From Mytilus trossulus (Eukaryota), in contig NC_086381.1 of NCBI RefSeq assembly GCF_036588685.1, positions 39,122,001 to 39,186,000 of the forward strand: DNA of 64,000 nt, read 5' to 3'. Positions 11,227 to 24,361 of this stretch are shown here, in pieces. The stretch's first letter is position 1; every line of letters starts with the position of its first letter. A program made the position numbers and the translations under genes. Under the pieces are notes generated by a model, which saw only the letters and a program-made list of their open reading frames with translations, searched no databases and was not told the origin of the DNA.

Positions 11227-14200
11227 GTAAATATTATAATTTATTAATAGTGATATATGTGATAAGTGGGACATATTCATACTTCATCAGCTTCTCACTT
11301 TCATCATACTAAAAATATTGATGCAAATAAACTAACCATAGATACCTGGCAACGGGAGAAAACAGATATAATCCTGTTTTTAAAAGCATGTTTATAGACA
11401 TGAAAACTATAATTTTATCTCATTCTTATAGTTATTGTTATTTGAATTTTTATTGTATTCTGAAATTATTTGATGAACTGATTCAGCAATTCGAAGCCAA
11501 AATTTCTAAAGTAAGGCAAATGCCGTATACATTTTAAAAATCTTTAATCCGATAAATTTTATACCTCTCATACTTAAATTGGTCTGGTCCGTTAAAGCTT
11601 TCCACACAGTTTAAACTTCAATCGATGCTACCAAAACTTCTTTAAGAACTTATTCATGCATACGAATAGAGTATTAGGGTTCTAAGATACATTTGGTATT
11701 GAAACCAAAACACTACAGAACTGCTGTTCCCGATTTAATGCATCGCAAAAAGAAACAACGCATTAGAGCTTCGAAAAATGTATAAATTGATATTAAAATA
11801 AAATTCCACAAAAATCCAAATGACTTTTATTCCGTTTGTGAAGAAATCGCTGCAGCTTACACACTAAAAGCCTATAGAATTGGTATAATTCTATAATCAG
11901 TAAACTAACCCTCGCAGATTAAGATCGCAAGACGATTTACTTGGCATATAAATATTGTCTAAATATCCCTGAAAAAGACCACAACGTTGGAATATAGCTT
12001 CAGAAAATTTCAAAATAGAAAGAGAGTCTACATTCACAAAGTCAAGAACCAGTTTTAAGTTTGTTGTTTTGGATCCAAAAATACTAGAGTGTTATTGCGT
12101 GACATGGTAAACAAATCTTTAATATGGGGGTTAGAGTTGAAAAACTCTCTCAAAAGAAGTAGACATGCACCTCAAAAGCTTACGAAACCTTTAATCAGAA
12201 GTGATATACGGTACTTGCGATACTGTTGTCAGATCATTTTTTTTTTAAAGATGGCATATTTTGGTATTCATACTAATTTTAATTCCGAGGGTTTTGCATG
12301 TATTCTAAAACCAGTTGTTAGTATAATACAGATTATGTTGTTCTCATTTATTTAATGATGCTATATTACTAAACCCCAAACAGAAGAGATTATGCTTGAT
12401 TTTTGCACATGTCCAAGTCGTCAGCTTCTAGCATTTGTTAGTAATGTATTTTTTTTGTTAACCTCAGTTCATTTAAATGTTTAGGAGTTTAATGTAACAT
12501 CGTTTTTCATTGAATAAAGATTCATTTTGTTTAAGATTAAGCTGAATCCTGTGTTCGGGTTGGGATTTTCTCGGTGTGTTGAAGACCCATTGGTGGCCTT
12601 CGGCTGTTTTCTGATCTTTTGTAGTGTTGTTACTCTTTGACACATTCCCCAGATTCCTTCCCAATTTTAAAAAAGTAATTGATCATAAAAAGTACATTAA
12701 GTTAACAATACCAACCACCGTTTTACATTGTTCAGTAAATCCAAACCGAGGATACCAGTGTATAATGAAATGGGGAAAACGTACCTAACTCTGCAGTTAT
12801 TTTTTTTAATCAATGCAAACTACAGCATAAAGTGTTGAGCAAACGATTTAAAGCATACAACAACAGCATACAGATTTAGGTGAATAAATCATTTCAAACT
12901 CGACTTATAATGTAAAATTTGAAAACAATCAGTTATTCTAACGCTTAAATTAAGAATTCCAGAATTGAATGTTAACTTTCCTTTACCAATTATAATGATG
13001 TGTAGTAATTGAATTACAATTGGGTATGGTACATTAGAGTTATCATTCGACCGAATAGTATACAGACGGACGGACGGACTTCGACATACTTTAATAAATC
13101 TATTCGATGATGGACTTTTAACAATCTATTGTTATTGGTGACATGTGATTTTATAACAGATTTTTTCTTTTAAAAGTAATTCGATCGTTTACTAAATTGA
13201 CAAACTATTTTTCAACAGTTATACAAACATTTTTTTTCAAAGTCTCTATACAGATGTCTTGATTTAGTTGTTAACACAAAAATCTTTTACACGAATGATG
13301 GCTAAACCAGTCAACTGTTAATTTTGTTTAAATCTCTATCGTATCACTTGTCAGTCTATTATTTGTTCTTCTGACATTGTGTATCTAAAATGTGTTAAAT
13401 ATTATAGTTGAATTAAGGTAATACTAATAGTTTATCTATGTTCAAATCTCTTAAAGCCATAAGGTATAATGGAATACATCTCTTAAATTCCACAACGAGT
13501 GAGACTTAATACGTCGAAAGCGTACTAAGTGAATCCTTCTTTGCATGCATAAAACGGTTGATACAAAATAGTAGTCTAAGGAAAGATAATTTATTTCATG
13601 TATTTGGAGCCAGTTAATCAGTCTAATAAATAGACAATTTGTGAACATTTTTAGTGACTGTTATTTATGCGGATAACACTTCTCACTTGTCGTGTATTTT
13701 AAGAATCGAGTTTGCTATAGAACGTTACTAATGTTTACTCTTTGTTGCACGGTTGGTGTCAGTTTTACTTTAATTGGTAAATATTTTCAATCACGGCCAA
13801 TAACTATTAAAATGGGAAAGTTTAAAGTTTTCAATCATTACTTTTTATTAAATTCTTTTTTTCTGCTCATTTTTCTACTTTACAGCAACCAATTATAGTT
13901 TTATAATACTATATTAAAACCTGTTTAAGGATATCTGCTTGTCATGCTTTGGAATTTTTGTCAGATTTTCGAAATCCTCTGGTTTTATCCATGTGAATGT
14001 CTTGAAAAAAAATTGCCCATGAACCCCTATTTTTCTTTTTATAAATCTTTTACATGTATAACTATAAGCCATTTGTAATAGTCTCATAAAATCTGATTTA
14101 TTTTTTCATAGTATTTGAGGACTTTGACTGGTCAATGATAAAGCTTTGAAAAATCAAAAGAGAACATTTTCCCGCCAAAATTTCAATGGCTAATATCTCG

Positions 14201-17200
14201 AAAACGATCACATTGAACTCTATATTTTTTTGCTTTTTTGAAACCTCAATTAATCCCGTATCAGTATATACTAGTTTCATGAAAAGTTATTTATTTTGAA
14301 ACTGAGCAGAGAACATCATTAAGTTTAAAAACAAAACCATAACTAATATATAAAACCAAATGATAAACAGAACTGGTGCTGTAAAACTAAAGATATTTTT
14401 GGTAATTATGGCTTTAACTTTATTTGGTTAGGACATAAGGTAGATAATGTAGTGTTTTTATTAGACAATTAAAAAAGAGAATGGTTGATACACTTATATG
14501 AGAAGCAAATGCTTTTTTTTTTGTCTCAAACAAATGTCAATTGTCAATCATATATATATATTTTTGTACACATACTTGACATAAGGATGAACTCGACACA
14601 CTGATAAAACCAACGTTGCCGATAAGGGAGTAAATTAAAAAATTAAATTAAAATTAAAGTCAGGAATATCACAGTTGTTATCCATTCGTTTGATGTTTTT
14701 GAACTTTTGATTTTGCCATTTTATTTGGGACTTCCCTTTTTGAATTTTCCTTAAAGTTAAGTATTTTTGTGATTTTACTTTTTACTAGAAATTATGAACC
14801 AATCAATCGAATAAAAAGGTTACAATACGAAACTCACATGTATTCAAAATATCTTTATTGTTCTTTATAAATAATTCTGTGTCATTTAAAATTATTTTTC
14901 TCATTTGAAGCTTGATTTCATCTGTCCCTTTTCTACCGTTTAACCTTCTCTGACTGAGTAAAGGCCCTAAAAGTACTAATATTGTTTTTGAATTTTTACA
15001 GCTCAGTCTTCAAACTACAGTCAAATTCCACTGACTGAGCATGTTGTAACAGATATTTCGCCAACATACAATAGTGGTGCAGTGAATACATATCAACCAA
15101 CATCATCAACTTCTGAGCATGTCGATTTATTTGTATCTGAGAATCAAATTGTGAATATTTCTTCTCGAAAGGTTGGTAATTTGTATTTAAACTAAATAAA
15201 AATGAGTATAAAATATTCAAATCATTTATACTTATAGATGTAAATGAACTCATCATAGATTCCGGGATTGAATGTTTGTAGTTGCATTAGACGCGCGATT
15301 TGTCTTTAAAAGACTCACCAGTGGCGCTCGAATATTTTTTTTTTTTAAAAGTACTAAGTTGAAAAGCATAAAAACATCTTAAAAGTTTTGCCGAATACAA
15401 CCGAGGTAATCTATTATTGAGATAGTAAGGACTGAGTATTTAAGAAGAATTAAAGTAATATGTAAATAGTTAATTTATAATTAGGATCATATCAATGATA
15501 ATTCATGTCAAGACAGAAGCGCTGGCTACTGGGCTGATAATAACCTCGTTGAATAAAACTCAATCAGTACTGGCATCGATCTATTATTTGTAAATAAAAT
15601 CACCATAGATGCCAGGATTACAATTTATTTTTTGCGACATACACGCGTTTCGTCTACAAAAAAACTAAAATGTGACACTCGAATCAAAAAGGTTAAAAGA
15701 GCCAATAAAGTACGACATTGTAGTATAAGGTAAATAAAACCTAAGTGTTTTGAAAAAAAACCAAGCGCGGATATTGTCGATGTTTTACTTATTACTTTTG
15801 TTCTTCTATATAGTATATATATTCTACATGTGGAGCAGGAAATGCTTACTCTTCCGGAACACCTGAGATCACCCCCAGTTTTTGAAGGGGTTCGTGTTGC
15901 GTAGTCTTTAGTTTTCTATGTTGTTGCTTGTGTAATATAATTTGTCTGGTGTCAATTTATTTTCGATTTATGAGTTTGATTGTTCTTCGGTATCTGTCGC
16001 CCCTCTGTCCGATAATGTCATGTTCTTTGAGGTAACTATTGTGAGAGTGAATAATCAATTTAAAGACTGAAAGGTTACTCTTTCTTGTAATAATCAAATA
16101 CAAAAAAAACCTCATCAAAGATTCCAGAATTAAAATTTTATATGTGCACAAGACGTGCGTTTCGGCTACAAAAGACTCATCAGTAACACTAGAATCAATA
16201 AAAATTAAAAAGGCAAAAGTACGAAGTTGAAGAACATTGAGGACAAAAATTTCTAAAAGGTTTGCCAAAAAATGAATATTTTAACTCCTTCGATTTTCAT
16301 GTAATTACTTCATGGTGTTTATTTACAGCATTTGATCTTCCCTTACTTTTGTAGAGACACAGTTCAAAACAAAATCCACCAGATTATGTTGGTTGTGCAA
16401 TTTATGCATGTCTTTTCTGCTGCTTGCCATTCGGTTTAGTAGCCATAGTGGCTGCAAACAAAGTGAGTGCAAAATTATAAATGTTTTATCATTTTATATT
16501 TAGTTTTGATAGGTAAAAAAAAAAAAAGAAAACACTTGGTGTAAAGTTTGGGTTAAAAAATGATAACAAAACGTTTTATGTTTCATATAGGCATCCAAGT
16601 CTTTTTTCTCCATATTATTTATCAATTTGTCTTTTTTTTTCTGTCCGTAAATTAGTTGTAAAATTATCAATATATTATCATTTAGAATATAAAAAAAGCA
16701 AGGGTATATGTTTTTTCAATTCCTTAATTTCAAATTTAGAATATAGATTGTAGAGTTCATGCAAGGTTACTTTTGCAACCAAAAAAAATAGAGAAAAGAA
16801 ATGGAACACACACAACATTTAAGAAAATAAATAAAATTGTTTATACAAAAATTAAAATGTATGAAAAAAATAAACAATTGTAGAATTATGTGGTTATTAT
16901 ATAAACGGTACTAATTTTAAGGCATTAGATTTACAAAACTACATGTTTTATTTCGAAGTCAATTTAAAAACTATATATATTCATATTTAGTATATTTAAA
17001 AGAAACCATAATACAACTCTTAAAAGTTCCCTGGCCATTACTGGTCATCGGGTAACATATTTTTCTTTTAACCAATCTGGACACCCCTCGGTGTGTTCTA
17101 GTCTGTTGTTATTTATGTCTTATTATCATTTTGTTTATTTTCTTTTGTTACATCTTATGACAACGGACTCGTACTTCTCTTGAACAGAATTTTAATTTGC

Positions 17201-19275
17201 TTGTTGTTATGCGTTTACTTCTCTACATTGGATAGAGGTATAGGAGGAGGGTTGGGATCTCTTAATGAGGTTTAACTCTGCCGCAATTTTGCGCCTGTCC
17301 CCAGTCAGGAGCCTCTGGTCTTGTATGATTTTTAATTTTAGTTTCTTGTGCATAATTCGGAGTTTAGAATGACGTCCATTATCATTGTACTAGTATACCT
17401 ATTTTTAAGGGGCTAGCTGAAGGACTTCTACGGGTGCGGGAGTTTCTCGCTACATTGAAGACCCATTGGTGGCCTTCGACTGTTGTCTACTCTATGGTCG
17501 GGTTCTTGTCGCTTTGACACATTCCCCATTTCCTTTCTAAATTTTACAACAAGGAAAACCTTTAAATATGCGTTATCTATAACGTAAACCCCTGTCTTAA
17601 TTCAAAATTAGAAACAAAAGTAGTTAATTTTTCTCTTTTCTTTGGAATTTCTCGTTACATTGAAGACCTGTTGGTGACCTTCTGCTGTTGTTTTTTCTAT
17701 GGTCGGGTTTTTGTCTCGTTGATACATTCCCCATTTCCATTCTCAATTTTATAAATTATGTTTAAATCTCATAATTACTATTAATACAAATGATCAAACA
17801 TCCAATTTAAAGAAATATTACTCATATATGAAGTCGATGGAAGATTTCGGCCATATCAGGGTTTGATTGAATTGAATAGCAGACAATTTGATTTTGATTA
17901 AATTTATCTGCTATAGCTTTGAAAACATAACACAATAGAGAGGCGTAAGATACCATAGGGATATTCAAACTCATATATCGAAAACAAATTGACAATGGCA
18001 TGGTAAAACACGTAAAATAACGAAAAGACTAAAAGAAGTCCCAAAGCATGAAATAGAACACTTGAGACTGAGAAAAAACACAAACCAACTAAAATCTTGG
18101 CTAAAAAACGATGGAATCGCTTGAACTACACAAGACATTTGATGTTTTAGTTATTACTTTATATTCTTTAATTAAGGCATATTTTATGATTGTAGAAAGA
18201 AAGTTCAGAAAGATTTCCAGCAGGTGATTTAGGAATCATCTTTTATGCATGTCTTGGCTGTTGCTTGCCATTTGGTTTAGTAGCCATGTTGGCTGCCACA
18301 AAAGTAAGTGTTGAATTATAATGGATTAATCATAAAATATTTTCTGATTTAAATCATTGGCAACAGCAACAACCATTTGTTGACACATGTAGTTATTTTG
18401 TTACCACGCGTGATCGAACTCGACTTACTTATATTCAGTCATTTGTAGAAGAAAGGCGAAAGATAGCAGAGGTAAGTAAAACTCATAAATCGAAAATAAA
18501 CTGACAACGCCATGGCTAAAAAATCACAAAATATATATAAATAAAAGACAAAAAGACAAATAATAGTACAAAAGACACAATAAAGAAAAACTAAAGACTA
18601 ATCAACACGAACCCCACCAAAAACTTGGGGTGATCACAGCTGTCATCTAGGCGATAATTTAAAAATGTGGCGAACATTGTATTTAAATCGCAATAAATTG
18701 TTATTCAAATTGTACACTAACTTAGTAAAATCTCTTCTTTTTTGATGTTGTTTAAAATAGACCATACCGTATGTTCTTTGTATTTTACATCACCGAAGAT
18801 TTCCGTCTCTTGACTTATTTGTTCATAATGTCTTGCTGAATTTTGTGTGGTAAAGTTTCTACCTTTATCTTATGTAGCTTTCGAGATAATATATAACTGT
18901 AATAACATATCTATCACCAAAATACATTAATGATATTTTTTGCAGGGATTGAAGGCAACAGCACGCGGTGTTAATCGTACAGCAAGGAGATATAATTGTA
19001 CGGCCTGTACTTTGACAACTTTATCGGTTCTTTGTGTAATTTCTATTTTCATCCTATATCTTTGTTCAGAAGAAGTCAAATACTCAACTCCCAGCAAAAT
19101 GCATATTGATTGATGGTACTTTTTGCAGGGATTGAAGGCGACAGCACGCGGTGTTAATCATACAGCAAGAAGATATAATTGTACGGCCTGCACTTTGACA
19201 TTTTCATCGGTTCTTTGTGTAATTTCTATTTTCATCCTATATTTTTATTCAGAAGAAGTCAAATACTCATATTAA
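11223..19275 (+). CDS. CD225/dispanin gene copy 2; exons 11223-11226, 15002-15171, B1 16355-16462 and/or B2 18196-18303, C1 18946-19113 or C2 19129-19275
   Basis: ATGG|gtaaat joins cag|ct to give MAQSSNYSQIPL. B1 = RHSSKQNPPDYVGCAIYACLFCCLPFGLVAIVAANK and B2 = KESSERFPAGDLGIIFYACLGCCLPFGLVAMLAATK (both 108 nt, phase 0-0). C1 and C2 both start GLKATARGVN, each with a tttgcag acceptor and its own stop. Confidence 0.85.
15240..15760 (-). mobile_element. Retrozyme family 1, degenerate tandem array (about 350-nt period)
   Basis: Two mutated hammerhead motifs near 15290 and 15640; the flanking motif (catagat-cc-ggatt) recurs about 350 nt apart. Confidence 0.7.
16105..16270 (-). mobile_element. Retrozyme family 1 fragment with hammerhead core
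   Basis: Minus strand CUGAUGA-GUC...GCC-GAAAC-GCAC-GUC at 16150-16186; core intact, stems imperfect. Confidence 0.65.
17090..17545. repeat. Interspersed repeat family (gaagacccattggtggccttc...gacacattccccatttcc)
   Basis: Related copies at 12350-12668, 17650-17750, 19420-19580 and 61750-61960; inverted at 41462-41520. Confidence 0.7.
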
Positions 19276-20559
19276 AATTATATTTAGCTCTCTGCTTTCT
19301 TATCCAGAAACCGCCCTCCTGTATTTAATAACTTTCACATAACTAAAACATTGCAATTAACAAATTAAATAGGTAACCCTTTATTACTCCTGTATGGTTT
19401 TTTAAAAATTCTGATCCAATTATATTTATATATGTAAACAAATTTAGTATAACGTCCATTTTCATTGAACTAGTTTTTGTTAAGGAGCCAGCTGAAGTCC
19501 GCCTCTGAATGCAGAATTTCTTGCTAAGACCAATTGGTGGCTTTCGGGTTGTTGTCTCTACGACACATACCCCATTTCTAATTTCTATGATGGATTTAAT
19601 TCAGAATTACTACCACACACATATATATATATATATATATATTGCCTGTTGCCTTTTATATGTATTTTGAAAACTTTTTAACATAGAGTTGCTGTATTTT
19701 TGTCGTATACTCTTCTCTTGTCATACGATTATTGGTTTGTTTGATATTTTAGTAAGTTGTGTTATATGTTTATACAGTTGGGACTGCTGGATTCCAATAA
19801 TGGTCACATTAACCTAATATGTTTGTTTGGATTGCTCACTAGGTTTTGTAAATAAAACGATATCATAAACAAATGTCAAACACGTAAGAGGTTTATCTAG
19901 CTATAAAGTAGTTCTTTAGAAAATGTCTGTACAAAGTCAGGAATATGTTTTCCACGTGTTCTGTTGATTGAGAGCGTTTGATTTTTTCGGTTGGTATGGA
20001 CTTCCTCTTTTGAATTAGATTTTTTTTTTAAATTCATATCAGATATTTTACCCGAACAAATGTCTGGTGTAATATTTCTTTTCTTCTGGTTGTTTTCTTT
20101 CTTATCGTTATCATTCTTCCAACTATAAAAAACCGATGAAACTTAATTATAATGAAAAGCACAATATGTAGATGTGCAGGACACCTTTGCAATTTTGCAT
20201 GCAGACATTTGTGTGGAAACAGCGACAATATGAAAAAATATCAAATACTCAATCTTCTATTATAGAATACAAGTTAGGAAAATATTGCATTTTATGCCTA
20301 GATCATATATGTGAAGCAGCTAACGATTATACATTATGGGGACATTCCCAAAAGTAGCATTTACACTTTTAACTTGGTAGGGAAAAATACATTGATTCTT
20401 TCATGGTACGTTACCAATCATGGTCAATATTGCATTTGTTTTTGAAATTTTGGAAACTGTCATTGTAGTCATAGAAACATCACAAATAAACCTTTCTCTA
20501 CATTCTTTTGTATTTTGAAAGTTATCTGCTGCTTTAGTTGTAATTGTTCTTCAAGTACT

Positions 20560-20950
20560 CATCTGGATTGTAAGCAGGAACTAGCCACCGACCTATAGCT
20601 ACTTGTCAAACGTTAAAACGTTTAGCGTGTGCGTTATTTTGTTTATTTTCTAGTTCTTATTTAGCAAGCTTGTTTGCAATGTAGTTTCCTGTTATGAATA
20701 TCAAAGTTTGCCAGTGTTTTCTATCTGCTACACTGTAGGGATCCCAAACTGTTGATGAATTTTCATTCTTTGAATGTACTATTTTAGCAGTTTCCTTTCC
20801 TTCCTACACCTCCTCGTGTTCCTTCTGAGATAAACCTAGGGTTACATTTACTTTTTTACGACAAGTGATTTGTGTGTGGTCTACTCCATATCCTTTGATA
20901 TTAGCACTCCTAGGTTTGCACTACCCTGTACTTGTTGTACAACGTGACAA
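20560..20950 (-). mobile_element. Degraded LINE RT C-terminal fragment (CR1/L2-like group)
   Basis: Minus-strand remnants NLGVLISKDME*TTH, KVNVTLG and SSTVWDPY. Confidence 0.6.
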
Positions 20951-21342
20951 ATATTATTTTTTTTTCTACCTATCTGCTTGAACGATGATGATATATGATT
21001 GTCAATGAAACACTATCCACCAACTTACAACTGACGTGGGTGTAATCGACTATCATTCACCGCACGGCCTAATACGAAAGTGCCAGCTTATTTCTTCAAA
21101 CATAAGTGATACGGCTCAATTATGTTTCGCTTTTTGTCATGCTCATGATTAACATTAGGTTTTCGAAATCTGTAATTGACGTAATGTGTACAGAATCTGA
21201 TTTTTCATGGTTTGCAATAGACCATTAAGAAATAATTGCTTTCATATTCATGATGTTAACGAAACGGAATTTAAACACTAAGATGAGATAGGATTGTCAA
21301 TGAGACAGCTATCCAGTATGATTGGTCTTCATACACAAATAA

Positions 21343-21407
21343 TTCAACACAAAACCTTAGCGACATTATTTCAACACAAAACCTTAGCGACATTATTTCA
21401 ACACAAA
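21343..21407. repeat. 27-bp tandem repeat, about 2.4 copies
   Basis: ttcaacacaaaaccttagcgacattat repeated. Confidence 0.8.
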
Positions 21408-23267
21408 AAAAACTTTATTTTTAAAAAAAAAATTCTATACGTTCTAAATAATTTTTGGGCATTTTATGATCAATAAATCATCATTTCCCCTATTAAATCA
21501 AAAGACAGTTAATTTTATTTCGAACTATAAAAAGGACAAAGCTTTTAACAGTGAATTCAAGATTAAAGTAAGCCTTTAAAAACTTCTTGTGGTCTTCAAT
21601 ATAATTAATCTTCTTGCATCGAGTTTGTATTCTCCTTTGAACAACGTATGTGTTGATGTACCTAGGGGAGCAAACCTTTCCACATAAAAGCAAAATTAGA
21701 AGGTTAACAGTGCCTTATACACAGATTCCTTATCAGCTGATTTGTGATCGGGGCCAATCTCATTTTAAAATCATAACTTTTGAAATTGATAACATAAACA
21801 TTTTAAAGTTCTTAAAAACAAAATTAATGAATGATAGAGGTTTTAAAAAGCATGTATTGCTTACCTGCATCATCAGCAATAGTCACTTTTTGGTAGAAGT
21901 CATTTTAAAAGGATAATGAATCTATTAAGAATCAAAGGATTAACTCAGTCATGTTCGCGTATTTCTAGATCTTATCATACTTATCCTTTTTCCTTTTTAA
22001 TGACGCTATCTTATTTACTATAGAGTTGACCTCCGCATACCTTCGATGGTCATATGAGCATAAACATACATACAGATTTAAATATTATCGAACTAGTTTG
22101 CAATTGGATTTTTTCTAGGTCTTTTTAATTGAACTTTTTTAGATTAAGAATATATGTTGCTCGTCGTTTTACCTTTAAAAAACTGATTTATGTGTGCATC
22201 GAATCAATAAAATGATTTACCTTAAAGTTTGTTTCACTTTTAATGTTGACATTTGTTTCCAATATATAACTGAACACATTCAATGTATGCGTTATACATC
22301 TCTACATAAGTGGTTAAATTGAAGTTCACATGAATACGGATTCAATGAGGTCGAATTATTCACTTGCAAGTGCATAAACCTTTTTAATGTTTATTAGCTT
22401 GATTTTACAAAATGTAAACCACATTGGCTGCTAAAAGCGATTCATTGTTTCACTCTTTTATTTTCTAAATGTTTGAACAAACAAAAATCCTACTTTTAGA
22501 TTTTTTTTTATATATCTCATAGCTTAGTGCCCCTTTAAAGTTTCAACTGATCGATTATGTTTTCAAGGTAATAAGAAAATATTTGGAATAAAATCGTCAT
22601 TAAGTCGATTTACAATTAAGGCCAGACTTATTTTTTTGTACATGAAATTCTAGTCTTGATGATAATATTAGCTACTTCAAGATTCTATACGTTTAATATA
22701 TTTTTCAAGACAATAGGCAATTCAAAACAAATTAGATCAATTCGTGATTAAAGGTCAATAACTTAAATACGGTGTTAACTGACGATTTTAACCATGTTGA
22801 CAATGTTTTATTATAAATGATTTTGTAAATTCATAATTGGTATCCTCTTGTAGCAACATATGTGTGCCTAGGGGGTGATTTAATCGTATATCTTTTCTTA
22901 CTTATTCAATTTTTGTATTTAAAGTGGATCTCTATCTATTATAACTTACAAGATAATTGAACCGATAGTCCAGTCGTTTAAATGCGTTCACTGCGACAAC
23001 TCCATTGACGAGAAACTTTCGGTGATGGAGGTTGCTGAAATAAAGTTCAAGATGAAAGGCAAAAATTAAAACAAAAAAAACCCAAATAATGGTAAAATTT
23101 GTCGTTCATTGACGTAAATTTCATAAAAGACGTTTGAGTAGTTTAAGAGGAGATGATCCTGTTAAACGGAAACAGACGACGGACTATGACGGACGACGAC
23201 AGACAATGAACGCCTTGTATTAACAAGACCTTACCGTTGCTCTTTGGACCAGATTAACTGAAAAAGT

Positions 23268-23800
23268 CAAAGGAGTAGGTCCAGTAAGACCCCTTTTTGG
23301 CCCCAAAATATAGTAATATTACAAAATTGTTAAAATGTAATCTTTTAGTTATTTATTGGATAGTAGAATGGTTCTGATTCATAAATATGGGCTGTTTTTA
23401 ACAATACAATGTACATATATCGGGTACTAGCACCATAAAGTCATGCTAAATTACTAAAATCTTCACCATTCTAGCTTTTTATAGGTAATTTTGAGACGGT
23501 TTTCTTGTAAAACGAAAGTGGCTGCATTCGTGTTCATCCTTAGAATTGAAATTGTAGTTGTATTTGATGATAATACATAACATATAAAGGTTGAGGATGA
23601 ACACAAATGCGGCCACTTTCATTTGCGACAAAAAACATATGAAAAGTGACATTTTTCGGCATATTTGGTAGATTTATCATATTTGAGCTTGAACCGGTTC
23701 GTTTTTAATGACTTAAGTGTTTAAAAAGTGTTAAAAATCTTTCGTTAAATGAACCTGAAATTTGAGGCCAAAATCTGTTCTTAACGGAGCTAATCCTTTT
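23268..23800. mobile_element. MITE-like element with imperfect TIRs and an internal inverted repeat
   Basis: aaaggagtaggtccagtaagacccctttttggccccaaa vs tttgaggccaaaatctgttcttaacggagctaatccttt; internal gtggctgcattcgtgttcatcct / aggatgaacacaaatgcggccac. Confidence 0.65.
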
Positions 23801-23809
23801 CTATTGGGT

Positions 23810-23840
<31 letters not shown>

Positions 23841-23926
23841 CAATTTGACATGAACAATTAACAACAACTCCGAAGAGACCATAATTACAAAGATATTTGA
23901 TTCAAAATACAGTTTGCCTTTAATAA

Positions 23927-24361
23927 GAATTCACCAAAAAATTAACATTTTCTCAACGATTTTGTCAAAATACCTCAAAAACTACTGATGTATAACATTA
24001 CATTTTGCCGTATTTTGAACGTTGAAATTTCAATATTCTAAATAAAGTGCAAATGAACAAGGTAAAATATTTTAGTTTTGTTAAAAATATCAATCAATGA
24101 TGTTAAAACACAGAGGTCACGGAAAGCACATTAGATATTAGAGAGATTTATAAAGCCTATTGAAAACTGACTACGCACAAACATTTTGTCCTACATAATA
24201 AGGAAATATCACGTGATAGAGTCAGGTGCGTGAACAAAAGAAATATTTTCATTTCGAATGATATAATGTTGATATAAAATTATCTTTAACACAATAAAGG
24301 GTTTTTCTGTCCACTTCCTCCACTTGGTAATTGGCTTGACGTACACATGGTTGAAAAATGG
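23927..24361 (+). promoter_or_regulatory. Conserved promoter/5' UTR block of dispanin copy 3
   Basis: Same motif series as copies 2 and 4, plus CCACTTCCTC (ETS-type on the minus strand) at 24311-24320 and TTGACGT at 24336-24342. Confidence 0.75.

Noticed and set aside
11540-12130. Possible old LINE remnants here and at 60200-61400
   Set aside because: Coding-like composition, but no motif series clear enough to call a family.
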